Source of the DNA: a virus
Length of the DNA stretch: 64,000 nucleotides
IMG/VR virus record: IMGVR_UViG_3300022745_000021
Span: 1-64,000 of that record
Strand: one strand, 5' to 3'
Of this stretch, positions 17,830 to 27,192 are shown piece by piece. The notes below the pieces were generated by a model. It was not told the origin of the DNA and did no database searches. It saw only the letters and a list, made by a program, of their open reading frames with translations. Positions within the stretch are counted from its first letter, which is position 1. The number at the start of each line of letters is the position of its first letter. A program made the translations under genes and the position numbers.

Positions 17830-17916
17830 GTCGGGTCTCGCCAGTGGAGGGGAGCGCCCCGGTGCAACTGGTTGCAACCTTCCGGGGCGCTGGATGGGCG
17901 GCGGTGCCGGGGCGGA

Positions 17917-19161
17917 TCAGCCGAAGTGGAACATCACTTCGTCGTTGCCGGCGTAGCGGGCGAACTGCATGCCCACGTCGTACATGCGGTTGTTGTTGCT
18001 GTCCGAGTAGCCCAGCGACGACGTCTGGACGCGCGGGCCGAACAGCGACACGGTGTTGCCCACGGTGTTGCCGATGCGGGCGAAGAACGCCTTCTGGTCG
18101 CCGGTCTGGTAGTCGCCCCAGAACGCGTGCGTGCCCTCGGTCGTCGCTTCGGGCTGCAAGCCGCCCTGCGGGGTGCGGTCCTGCAAGGTGTAGCCCCGGA
18201 AGCCGAGCGGTGCGTTGGCGTCCTCGCGGACACCGGCCTGCAAGGACAGGTTGAAGCTGATCTGCTTGATGACCAGCGAGGCATCCTTGCCCATGGTGAC
18301 CAGTGCGTCCTGAAACAGCGCCGGCAGCTTTTGCTCGAACACGAGACCGGTCGGCAGCGCCGCATCGACCACGTCGTTGTGCACGCCCATGAAGGTGAAC
18401 TCGGCGGTGACGATGCCGCCCGCGTCCGCCGTGAACTGGAACGTGCCGACGGCGCCGGTGAGCTTGTGCTTGATGCCCTCGTAGTAGACCTCGATCGTCG
18501 CGGTCTCGAAGCCTTCCGACACCGGCACCAGCTTGACGCCGATCGGCCACACCATGACGGTGAAGCGGTCGCCGATGGCAAGGTTGGTCGTGATGGTCGG
18601 GGTGATCGTCGCGCCGCTGGTGCCCAGCGAGATCGCGCCGCTGGCCGCGATGTTGGTCGATGCCGTGCCGTAGTCGGGGTTGTTCGGGGTCACGGTGAAC
18701 TTGGCCGCCGCCGCGTTGCCGCCGGTGGTGCAGGTCAGGTCGAACATCACCGGCTCGGTGTTGTTGGGGGTGCCGCCCGACGCCCACGTCGCCGCGCCCG
18801 CGTTGTTCGCGCCGCCGAACACGTTCGAGACGCGGTCGGCCGTGGTCGAGCACGGCAGCAGCGCGAAACCGCAAGCGCGGAACAGGCGTGCGAGCTTGGC
18901 AGCATCGGCGGTCAGGCCGGTGGCGAGGCCGTTCGAGCGGATTTCGTGCTTGAAGGTCACCTGCCCGAGCCGGCGGCCGATCATGAAGGGGAACGGCGAC
19001 AGGTCAGCCTTCGAGAACTTGCGCTCGATCTTCTGCATGTCGGACGTGTACTTCGGGTCCTCGACCAGCATGGCGTCGCTGGCGGCGGACAGGGTCGCGG
19101 CGGTTCCGGGGGTGCTCTCGATGCCCATGAGCAATGCGGCGAGGGTGTAAAGCATCGTCAT
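17917..19161 (-). CDS. Major tail (tube) protein
   Basis: Size and position; N-terminal E-x-TPGT motif, beta-rich, C-terminal GNDE; ATGA overlap and AGGAG RBS. Confidence 0.8.
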   Translation of the reverse strand: MTMLYTLAALLMGIESTPGTAATLSAASDAMLVEDPKYTSDMQKIERKFSKADLSPFPFMIGRRLGQVTFKHEIRSNGLATGLTADAAKLARLFRACGFALLPCSTTADRVSNVFGGANNAGAATWASGGTPNNTEPVMFDLTCTTGGNAAAAKFTVTPNNPDYGTASTNIAASGAISLGTSGATITPTITTNLAIGDRFTVMVWPIGVKLVPVSEGFETATIEVYYEGIKHKLTGAVGTFQFTADAGGIVTAEFTFMGVHNDVVDAALPTGLVFEQKLPALFQDALVTMGKDASLVIKQISFNLSLQAGVREDANAPLGFRGYTLQDRTPQGGLQPEATTEGTHAFWGDYQTGDQKAFFARIGNTVGNTVSLFGPRVQTSSLGYSDSNNNRMYDVGMQFARYAGNDEVMFHFG

Positions 19162-19634
19162 TCTCCTATCAGGCGGCAGGGGTCGCCGTACATGTGTCGG
19201 TATCGGACGGTGACGTAGATCGCGCCGCCGACGACAGTCTCGGTTTCGGCCTCGATTTCGCTGTCGGAACCTGTCACCTGCAAATGTAGGCACAGCCCGT
19301 CCAATTGCGAGTGGGCGAACAGCGTTTTCTCGATGTCGGCCAACATGAGGTTCACAAACGTCGCCGGGCTTTCCCCGACGTACGCGCGCACCTCGAACTC
19401 GATCGACAGGTCGAGCGCCTTCTCGATGGCGAGGCTGACCGGGCTACTCCGCTCGTGGCCCTCGACCAGTGCGAGCACCGTCTTGAGCTTGCGGTCGTTG
19501 TCGGAAATGCGCGCGCGGATCACGCGCTCCCAGATCAGCCCCGGCTCGCCGCCGATGTCGGTGGCCGCCTCGAACAGGGTCTTGAGCGTGGTCAGGATGC
19601 GCTCGCGCACGGGGACAGGGGCAGGTGTGGTCAT
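19158..19634 (-). CDS. Tail terminator / completion protein (putative)
   Basis: RERIL N-terminus, V-x-YR C-terminus; directly upstream of the tail tube. Confidence 0.65.
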   Translation of the reverse strand: MTTPAPVPVRERILTTLKTLFEAATDIGGEPGLIWERVIRARISDNDRKLKTVLALVEGHERSSPVSLAIEKALDLSIEFEVRAYVGESPATFVNLMLADIEKTLFAHSQLDGLCLHLQVTGSDSEIEAETETVVGGAIYVTVRYRHMYGDPCRLIGE

Positions 19635-19644
19635 GGCTGGGGTC

Positions 19645-20343
19645 TCACCACTGGATTTTGTCGATTGTGGCGGCGATGGCGGCCATCACCGATGCTTCGT
19701 ACTGGGTCGCGTACAGGTCCCAGACGTTGGGGATGCCTTTGAGGCGGCCCGGGATGCGCACGCTGGTTTTCAGCAGGTACAGCGGCTTGGGTTTGCCGTT
19801 CGGACCTTTGATGCAGATGAGGAGGTTGCCGCGCTTCGAGCGGATCACGAACGTGCCCTGCCAAGCGCGCGAGGACGACTTGAGCGGCACGCCCCGGCCA
19901 TCGCAGGCAGCAGGCAGCGGGATCGTCAGGTAGCGCGACCGCTTGGCGCGGATCACCCCGCCGTCGAGGTGGATGCCGAACACGCCCACGTTCACTTGCG
20001 CGGAAATGCCGTCGATGGTCGGCGCGGGCGTGACCTTGGCGGACTGCTTGAAGCGCTCCATCAACCCGCCCGAGCGGCGCTGGAGGCGGTCGGTATCGTT
20101 CACTAGCTGGCCGTTCCACGGCAGCTTCCCGTGGACTTGCTCGACGTAGCGCACCACCTTGTTGAGGTGTTCGTTTGCAGCGCGTTGCACGCCGACGGCC
20201 GATGCGTCGATCGCCTTGGTCAGCTGGTCGGCGATGTACGCCCCCCAGTTGTCGTCGGGCGCGAACGTCGAGCCGCCGATGGTGACGCTCATAACGTCGG
20301 CAGGGGAAATCCCCGCGCTGGTCGCCGTGAGCGTGTCGGCCAT
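19645..20343 (-). CDS. Neck / tail completion protein (putative)
   Basis: RRSG-x-L and GGVIRAK...YLTIP...LY-x-LK-x-SV-x-IP motifs seen in phage morphogenesis proteins; TGATG coupling. Confidence 0.65.
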   Translation of the reverse strand: MADTLTATSAGISPADVMSVTIGGSTFAPDDNWGAYIADQLTKAIDASAVGVQRAANEHLNKVVRYVEQVHGKLPWNGQLVNDTDRLQRRSGGLMERFKQSAKVTPAPTIDGISAQVNVGVFGIHLDGGVIRAKRSRYLTIPLPAACDGRGVPLKSSSRAWQGTFVIRSKRGNLLICIKGPNGKPKPLYLLKTSVRIPGRLKGIPNVWDLYATQYEASVMAAIAATIDKIQW

Positions 20344-21026
20344 CAGCCCCTCCCGGTCAGCACGCCGCGATAGTCGAGCAGCAGCGGCATGGCTTCCATG
20401 GGCAGGCCGTAGCTGTTGGGCTTGGCCTTGTTCTTGTCGCCGTCTCCGGTCGATCCGGCGGTGTCGGGCATCACCCGGTTCCACAGGTGGATCGCGGTGA
20501 GGATCGCGGCGCGTTTGAGGTCGGGGGCGAGGTCGCCCAGCGCGGCCGACAATGTCTCGTCGTCGCCGATCGCGTAGCCGGCGGTGTACGTCACCTTGAG
20601 CGTCGAGCGGCCCTGCCGCGTCGGGTAGGTGAGCAGCACGCGGCGCAGGTCGGTGTCAAGGAAGTAATACTCCTGCGGGAGCACGGTCTCGTCACCAAAC
20701 AGGCGGTGCGGGTCATAGCGGACCGTGACGGGCTGTTCTGCGTCGATGTTCATGCCCGACAAGGGCAGCACCTGTTCGCTGGTCACGGTGTGCGAGGCGT
20801 TGTTGGTGCCCCAGTCGTCGCCGTAGAGGTCAATCCCGCGCATGTAGCTTTCGCGGGCATTGTGCAGTTCGGTGCGTTCGGCGCGGGTGAAGCTCTGCCG
20901 GCATTCGCTTTCGATCAGCTTGCTCGCGGCGGCGATGCTGTCGGTGATCCGCTGGTCGTAGGCGGTGTTGTTCTCGCGGATGGAGAGCAGCGGCTTCACG
21001 TCAGCGATGGAGATCAAGCGGGCCAT
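20343..21026 (-). CDS. Head-tail connector (adaptor) protein
   Basis: VK-x-x-L...D..I...I.AAS..IE..C...F; VTYTAGY...PDLK.A; LL-x-YR C-terminus. Confidence 0.8.
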   Translation of the reverse strand: MARLISIADVKPLLSIRENNTAYDQRITDSIAAASKLIESECRQSFTRAERTELHNARESYMRGIDLYGDDWGTNNASHTVTSEQVLPLSGMNIDAEQPVTVRYDPHRLFGDETVLPQEYYFLDTDLRRVLLTYPTRQGRSTLKVTYTAGYAIGDDETLSAALGDLAPDLKRAAILTAIHLWNRVMPDTAGSTGDGDKNKAKPNSYGLPMEAMPLLLDYRGVLTGRG

Positions 21027-21107
21027 GACGGAAACTCCCCCGGCGAAAAACGGTTGCGCGGCGAACGGGCGGCCGGGGTGATCCCGCGCCGCCCGCCGGT
21101 GTTCGGG

Positions 21108-21401
21108 TCAGATGGCCTCGAACTTGAACTTCTGCCGGTACTCGGTGCTGGCGTCGTCATCGCCGTCGGTCACGGTCACGCCGTCCACGGCATGTTCTTC
21201 AAGGTAGTCCTTGACCACGCCGCTGATGGTGACGGGAACGCCGGCCTTGAAGCGCAGGATGCGCGTGCCGTCGCCGCTGACGTTGTAGGCATAGTTCGCG
21301 CCGCGCACGAGCGTGGCCTTGAACTTGCGCTCGGCCTTGTCCGCCTTGACGCGGGTGCGCGCGGGGACTTCGGCGGGCGGGTTGGTGGTTTCATCGGACA
21401 T
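21108..21401 (-). CDS. Hypothetical protein
   Basis: Good codon bias; lies in the head gene cluster. Confidence 0.7.
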   Translation of the reverse strand: MSDETTNPPAEVPARTRVKADKAERKFKATLVRGANYAYNVSGDGTRILRFKAGVPVTISGVVKDYLEEHAVDGVTVTDGDDDASTEYRQKFKFEAI

Positions 21402-21454
21402 CGGGATACCCTTTCAAAGTGCAACCCGCTGCAACGCGGGCTGGGGATTGCCGG

Positions 21455-22087
21455 TTACGCGGCGGTGGCATCCTTCCCGGCAACAGGCGCCGAGACAGGA
21501 ATTTCGGGAATTTCGGCGTTGACCAGCGCGGCCATGGTGGCGAGCGCGTCGGCCCAGCGCTGGAACGCGGCGGCAAGCTCGGTCACGGCGACGCCCGGCA
21601 GGACGCGGGCATGCGCGGGCAGTTCAACTAGTGCACCGTCCACCACGGCGAAAGGTCCGCTGACGCGGCAGGCGTAGGGAACCGTCAGGCCCTTGGCCTC
21701 GGCGTAGCGCGCCACGTGGTAGGCGCAGGTCTCGATCATGCCGTTGACGACGAGCCGGATGGTGTTGGCGTCGTAGACGCTCATCGCCTCCTCGTGCTCG
21801 ACCAGTTCGGCCATCGCCGGGATCGCCTCGGGGGCGTTCACCGCGCCGATGACCCCGAGCTTGGCAAGGATCGCCGCGACGCCCTCGCACACGCGCTGGA
21901 AGCCGAGCGTCGCCGAGACGCCGGACGCAGCCCCTTGCGCGGCGGGGTGGAACGCGGGCACGCCCAGCAGCACGTCGCACACGGTGCCGCCCGACTGATC
22001 GGCGAGATTGCGGACCGAGAGCGCGGGCCGCATGCGGGTGCGCGGCGCGGGTGCGTCAGCGTCGGCAATATCGGTGGCGTCGGCCAT
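21455..22087 (-). CDS. Hypothetical protein
   Basis: ATG at 22087 with AGGAG RBS, downstream of the capsid terminator. Confidence 0.7.
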   Translation of the reverse strand: MADATDIADADAPAPRTRMRPALSVRNLADQSGGTVCDVLLGVPAFHPAAQGAASGVSATLGFQRVCEGVAAILAKLGVIGAVNAPEAIPAMAELVEHEEAMSVYDANTIRLVVNGMIETCAYHVARYAEAKGLTVPYACRVSGPFAVVDGALVELPAHARVLPGVAVTELAAAFQRWADALATMAALVNAEIPEIPVSAPVAGKDATAA

Positions 22088-22133
22088 GGCGCGTCTCCTG
22101 TCTTGTGCGCTACCCATGTAGGCGGCAACACCC

Positions 22134-22175
22134 AAAAGAAAAGGGGCCGGGCCGCTCTAGGGCGGCCCGGCCCCC
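22134..22175 (-). terminator. Rho-independent terminator after the major capsid gene
   Basis: GGGGCCGGGCCGC-CCTAGA-GCGGCCCGGCCCC followed by TTTTCTTTT on the minus strand. Confidence 0.9.
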
Positions 22176-22213
22176 AATCCTTGACCAGCCGGCAGGCTAG
22201 ACGTGTTCATCGC

Positions 22214-23176
22214 TTACGACGCCGACCACGAGCTATCGCCGAGATTGATCGCCTTCGAGATCGCTTCCAGCGCCTCGATCTGCACGTCCACGCGCGCGGT
22301 CAGGACGATCACGACTTCGCGGCTGCGGATGTCGCGGTCCTGCTCGATGCGCAGGTTGCGCTGAACACCGAAGATGATGTTCTGCGGGTTGGTGTAGATG
22401 AACTGCGTGAGCGGCATCAGCGCCGCGCCCTGCATGTTCGAGCCGAGCACCGGGATCGGGGTCGAGCCGGTCAGCAGCGCGTCACCCAGACCGGTGAGGC
22501 GAGCCGACTGCTTGACGCGGTAGTCGCTCTCGATGTCCGGGTGGACGATGAAGGCGTTCGACTGCGTCGCCCGGCGGTAGGCCGTCGGGATTTGCTTCTT
22601 CACCTCGTTGAAAATCTCCGGGCGAACGGGCGCATTGCCGCAGTCGAAGACGTTCATCGAAGCGCGCTTGAGGACGCCGTCCACCAGCGCGAGGTAGGGG
22701 TCGCTCGAACCCTTGTCGCCCAGCAGGATCAGTTCCTCGAAGTCGATCGCAGCGCGGCTGGCGATCAGCGACAGCACGGTGTTCGCCATGCCGCCACGCT
22801 CGATGTTGTCTTCGAGCACTTCGTAGGGGATGCGCACCTCGGCGATGGTTTCCTTGGTGGCGAGCTTGATCTGCCCGGTGGTCGGCGCCGAGCGGTCAGC
22901 CGCACGGACGTACCGGTCGTTGCCGCCGTTGTCGGCCGCGCCGGTGTTGCCGGTGGACGAGTTGCGCGCGGCGCGCATGATGCGCTGGCCCAGACCGATC
23001 TTGTTGATCTCGGCGGTCGGACCCGACATCGGATAAACGCGGCAGGCGTTCAGCAGGGTCGGGCTGTCCATCAGCGTCTGGATGAAGACGTTGTTCTGGG
23101 TGGGGTTGAGCAGACCGCCGTTGTCGGTGATCTCGGCGAGGGCAAGGTCGGCCTTGCGCGAAAGCTGTTCAGACAT
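22214..23176 (-). CDS. Major capsid protein (HK97 fold)
   Basis: GGLLNP-x-Q...F, LEDNIE, D-x-EEL...GD, NP-x-NII-x-G, R-x-D-x-x-IE motifs; 320 aa; followed by a strong terminator. Confidence 0.9.
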   Translation of the reverse strand: MSEQLSRKADLALAEITDNGGLLNPTQNNVFIQTLMDSPTLLNACRVYPMSGPTAEINKIGLGQRIMRAARNSSTGNTGAADNGGNDRYVRAADRSAPTTGQIKLATKETIAEVRIPYEVLEDNIERGGMANTVLSLIASRAAIDFEELILLGDKGSSDPYLALVDGVLKRASMNVFDCGNAPVRPEIFNEVKKQIPTAYRRATQSNAFIVHPDIESDYRVKQSARLTGLGDALLTGSTPIPVLGSNMQGAALMPLTQFIYTNPQNIIFGVQRNLRIEQDRDIRSREVVIVLTARVDVQIEALEAISKAINLGDSSWSAS

Positions 23177-23270
23177 GTCTTGGTACTCCGGGTGGCGGGC
23201 CGGGGGGCGTCCCCGGCAGGCCGATTGTTGGCAAATGCGATGCACCTACACGTGTTGGGGGCTGATACCC

Positions 23271-24554
23271 TTAGAAGCCCAGCGCGGCCTTGATCCGGCG
23301 CTGCTCGAAGCGAACGTCGGCTTCCGACTTCTGGGTCTCCACGGGATTGCTGCCTTCCGCCTCGCTGGCGTCTGCGCTTTTCCGGGACGGCACCTCCGTC
23401 GAGGCAACCGGTTCGGACGCGGGCGCAGCCTTCTCGGCGACGATCGCGTCCACACGCTCGGACACGGCCTTGACCGAGCCTCGCATTTCGTCGGCGAAGG
23501 ACGCGAACCACGCCGGGGCGGGTTCGCCTTCGCTCTTGGCGACTTCGGTCGCCGGGGCATCGCCCTCGGCAGCGCCGTCAGCGCCTTCGATCACTTCGGT
23601 GCCGGCGTCCTTGGGGGCTTCGCCGCCCTCGGTCTTCTCGGCGACGGGAGCACCGCCCTCGGCGCCGGCTTCCTTGCCGTCAGCGCCTTCGATCGTGAGC
23701 GCGGCGTCGGCAGCGATCTCGTCAGCGGTCTTTTCGGTCTTGATGGTCATGGTATTCTCCTCGGGCTTGCCGAATGCCTCGGCCAAATCGTCGGCTTCGA
23801 CGCCAACGAGGGTGGAAAGGATGGTCAGCAGCTGGAGGCCGACGGACTTGAGGTCGTCGATGACGGCCTGACGCGGTGCGGCGTCGTCTTCGTCGTCGGC
23901 GTAGATCACGTCGTAGTTCAGGTCGGACACGAGCCACTTGAGGTCGCGGATCAGGTTGGCGAGGGACGAAATGTTGTAGATCGACTTGAGCCGGGCCTCG
24001 GGGATGCCCGCCGCCTTGGCGCGCGCGATCATCGGCGCGTAGACGTCGCCGAGATTGATCGTCACCTCGGCCGCCGATTTTGCAACCGGCTGCACTTCGC
24101 TGGCCGCGTCCGCGCCCTCGGCGCCGGTCACGTCCTCGCCGCCGCCCGCCGGGGCTTCCTCGGCCGCCTTGAACAGGGTGACGCTGATGCCGCCCAAGTC
24201 GATCGTGCGCACGTCCGCGCCCTCGGGCACGTCGTCGCTCTTGACCGCGTAGTCGCCGGGCGTACCGGTCACCGCGTAGTCGGTGTAGCCGCCGTCGTTC
24301 AGCCACGAGGTGACCGCCGTCATATCGGTGTAGCCTTCGCCCTTGAACGCGAACGCGGCGACGGCGTAGCCCTGCGACTTCATGGTGGTAATCATGGTGG
24401 CAAGCTCCTTGTCGTCGGCGGCTTTCAGGCTTTCGGCCTTGCAGGCATTGAGGGCGGTCTGGTTCGCGCCCGCCTTGCACAGCGACACGCGCATCGGCTT
24501 GGGGGCGGTGAGCGCGGTGGCGATGGCCTTGGTCGAAGTGGCGGTGCGGCGCAT
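23271..24554 (-). CDS. Capsid scaffolding / assembly protein (putative)
   Basis: Lies between protease and capsid; VSL-x-x-x-GAN motif; acidic low-complexity C-terminal half. Confidence 0.7.
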   Translation of the reverse strand: MRRTATSTKAIATALTAPKPMRVSLCKAGANQTALNACKAESLKAADDKELATMITTMKSQGYAVAAFAFKGEGYTDMTAVTSWLNDGGYTDYAVTGTPGDYAVKSDDVPEGADVRTIDLGGISVTLFKAAEEAPAGGGEDVTGAEGADAASEVQPVAKSAAEVTINLGDVYAPMIARAKAAGIPEARLKSIYNISSLANLIRDLKWLVSDLNYDVIYADDEDDAAPRQAVIDDLKSVGLQLLTILSTLVGVEADDLAEAFGKPEENTMTIKTEKTADEIAADAALTIEGADGKEAGAEGGAPVAEKTEGGEAPKDAGTEVIEGADGAAEGDAPATEVAKSEGEPAPAWFASFADEMRGSVKAVSERVDAIVAEKAAPASEPVASTEVPSRKSADASEAEGSNPVETQKSEADVRFEQRRIKAALGF

Positions 24555-24562
24555 GGGGGACC

Positions 24563-25153
24563 TCACAGGGAAAAGCGGTGGGTGTGGTTGTCGAGGCCGG
24601 CAGCCATCGTCTTGCAGCTGCCGAAAATCGCGTGGCGGTGACCGTCGGGCGCGGTGTCGGTGAACCCGCCCTCGATCTTGCCCATCTTGCTCACGTAGAC
24701 GAAGAACGTGTGGTCGTGCGGCTCCAGCTGCGCGCCCTTCTCGGTCACCCCGAAGTGGTCGCGGTAGGTGGTCACCTCGACGTCGCACTCCACGGGAACC
24801 ACCATCGCCTCGAACGAGTAGGCGTTGATCTCGCCGCGCTGGTACTTGTCCCACATGTCGTCCGAGCACTTGACGCCCAGCACCCACGCCCCTTCCGGGT
24901 AGTCGGGATCGCCGGCACGGGCGATGAAGCTCTCGACCGGCACCGAACCGTTCGGCACGCGGTCGTGGTTGGTGTCGATCACCTCGTCGAGCTTCAAGCG
25001 CATGAAGTCGTGCGCCATGGTCTCGATGTCCTCGGCGAACATGAACTCGCCGTAGCTGTCCATCACTTCCGGCGCGTACACGACCCCGTAGACGATCTGC
25101 TTGGCAGCATCCGCCTTGACGATCTGGATCATGCGGGTTTGCGCACGAGACAT
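24563..25153 (-). CDS. XkdF-like putative prohead serine protease
   Basis: KQIVYGVVYAP...D.YGE....EDIE..AH.FM, ID.NH, VESFIA, G.WV, GE..AYS motifs; C-terminal HxH repeats. Confidence 0.85.
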   Translation of the reverse strand: MSRAQTRMIQIVKADAAKQIVYGVVYAPEVMDSYGEFMFAEDIETMAHDFMRLKLDEVIDTNHDRVPNGSVPVESFIARAGDPDYPEGAWVLGVKCSDDMWDKYQRGEINAYSFEAMVVPVECDVEVTTYRDHFGVTEKGAQLEPHDHTFFVYVSKMGKIEGGFTDTAPDGHRHAIFGSCKTMAAGLDNHTHRFSL

Positions 25154-25266
25154 GATGTCGGTCCCTTCCACGCTCGCGGTACGCGATTGCTTGCCACACA
25201 TGTAGGAAGTACGCCGCGTGTCACAAGAGGGGAGCTTGCAACGAGTTGCAAACTACCCCCCACACA

Positions 25267-27105
25267 TCAGACGTGCTGTTCGACCACCTGCGGCGCGTCC
25301 TCGGTCTCGGCGCCGGGCACCACCTCGCCATTGATCGCCGTGTCCGGCCCCATCAGTGCCTCGCGCAGGACCACGAACGCCTCGGCCACCCGCTCCAGCT
25401 TCTGCGCGTTGCCCGAACCGCCCGCGCCGCCGCCCGGGACCTTGCCGGGGATCGGGGTCTGGCCCGGGATGTTGCCCTTGGGCGGCTGCACCTTCGGGAT
25501 CGGGATGATGTTGCCCTGCGCGTCGAGCATCTGCCCTTCGGGCACGTCCTTGGTGACGTCTTCGAGGCCCTTGAGTTGGCCCTTGACCAGCAGCTGGAGC
25601 GCCATTTCAAACGGGATGTCGCCCCATGCCTCCTCGATCCGGGGAAGCTCAAGGTCGAAGTATTCGTTCGCCATGTCGATCGTGGTGTTGGGCGACATCG
25701 CGCCGCCTGCGATGAACGCGTTGATCGCCTTGATGACCTCGTCGGGGTCGGTGATGCGCGGCGGGTTCGAGCGCAGCGACCAGAACTTGGGCTTGTAGGT
25801 CGCGAGGATGTGGTCGTTCATCACCCCGTCGGTGACGCGCCGCGCCGGACCGAACACCTGCCCCTCGGCCACCTCGTAGGCGGTCTTGGCGGTGGCGTGG
25901 GTGTAGTCTTGGCTCTCGCCGACGAACAGCGGCGGCAGGCGGAACGCCGAGCGGATTTTGGTATCGCAGTCGCCGCCGTATTCGAGGAAGAAGCCTTCCT
26001 TCTGGCGCTCGCCGGCCATCGGCTTGAAGTCCACGCGCGGCGGCGGGATCGTCCCCGCTTCGGCCTGCGCATGGCTATCGCCGAGCGCTTCGAGCACCAG
26101 CACGCGGTTCATGCTCTTGCGCCCGCGCGCGGCCGAGACGTGGCTCTCGATCTGTTCGAGCGAGCCTTGCGTGATCCGCCCGCCCGACACCAGCACGGCG
26201 AGCGCGGGGATCGCGTTCTCGCGGAAGAAGTCGAGGTTGGTCAGTTCGGCCTGCCGGGAACCAAGGATCGCGGGCAGCTGGTTGATCCAGCGCGGCACGC
26301 CGTAGACGTAGCCCGGGGCGTAGATCGACATGTGGAAAATCTCGGTGGCGCGGTGCTCCTCGGGGCACGCTTCGTCCACCTGCCCGGTGCGCGCGTCGAT
26401 CGTGCGCGGGTCGCCGAACTCCTTGAAGTAGACGACGCTGGTGCCCGAGCGCTGCACGAACCGGCGGAACTTGCGCTGCACGGTGATCTTCTTGACGGTG
26501 CCGTCCGGCCCCATCACTTCCTGCGTCACCGCCACCGGGTCCTTGTCCTTGAGCGTCATGCGCAGCGTCGCGAACGGGACGTGCGCCATCACCGCGATCT
26601 CCTCGGTCCCCGGGGTGCGCAGCGCCTCGAACGCGGCGTTGCCGGTGGTCTCAAGGTCGGTGCGCAGCCGGGCGCGGGTCTCGTCGAGCGAGTAGTCGGG
26701 GTTCGGGTTCATCAGGAACCATTCGAGCCGGTTCTTCTCGCCGACGGCTTCGGGGCTTTCCTCCTGCCCTTCCGGGCCGGTGTATTCGAGCCGCCAGCCG
26801 TGGCCCTCGGTGTTGACCACCATCGCTTCGATGCACTGGCGCAGCATCGAGTTTTCGCGCGGCAGGTTCTGGAGCGCGTTGATGTTGAACGGCGGCTGGA
26901 TCACGGCAAGCTCGCCCGAGACCGCCATGTAGTTCTGCGAGAACGGGTCTTCGATCACTTGGCTGTTGGCCGACTTGAGCGCGGCCTCCGCGCTGGCGGA
27001 AAACAACAGGCTGTCCCCCATGCCCACCCGGCCGTTGCCATGTTCGGGTGCCACGTAGGCGGGATTGGCGTTGCGCTTGCGCACGCGCGTGGTGTTGGTG
27101 GTCAT
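25267..27105 (-). CDS. Portal protein (PBSX-like)
   Basis: D-x-ETTGNA-x-x-E, YFKEFGDPR, YGVP-x-W, FF-x-x-NAIP, IRSAFRLPP-x-x-VG motifs. Confidence 0.92.
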   Translation of the reverse strand: MTTNTTRVRKRNANPAYVAPEHGNGRVGMGDSLLFSASAEAALKSANSQVIEDPFSQNYMAVSGELAVIQPPFNINALQNLPRENSMLRQCIEAMVVNTEGHGWRLEYTGPEGQEESPEAVGEKNRLEWFLMNPNPDYSLDETRARLRTDLETTGNAAFEALRTPGTEEIAVMAHVPFATLRMTLKDKDPVAVTQEVMGPDGTVKKITVQRKFRRFVQRSGTSVVYFKEFGDPRTIDARTGQVDEACPEEHRATEIFHMSIYAPGYVYGVPRWINQLPAILGSRQAELTNLDFFRENAIPALAVLVSGGRITQGSLEQIESHVSAARGRKSMNRVLVLEALGDSHAQAEAGTIPPPRVDFKPMAGERQKEGFFLEYGGDCDTKIRSAFRLPPLFVGESQDYTHATAKTAYEVAEGQVFGPARRVTDGVMNDHILATYKPKFWSLRSNPPRITDPDEVIKAINAFIAGGAMSPNTTIDMANEYFDLELPRIEEAWGDIPFEMALQLLVKGQLKGLEDVTKDVPEGQMLDAQGNIIPIPKVQPPKGNIPGQTPIPGKVPGGGAGGSGNAQKLERVAEAFVVLREALMGPDTAINGEVVPGAETEDAPQVVEQHV

Positions 27106-27192
27106 CGGGGCCTCCGGGGAACCTGTGTGGGTTCCCCGGTATGTGGGTACGCGCAGCCTATATGTCTAGGAAGCGCATGCCACGTGCGCCGC

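Noticed and set aside
23271-25199. 642-aa ORF suggesting a protease-scaffold fusion or frameshift
   Set aside because: The upstream part is an off-frame shadow of the protease gene; the scaffold has its own ATG at 24554 and I see no slippery site
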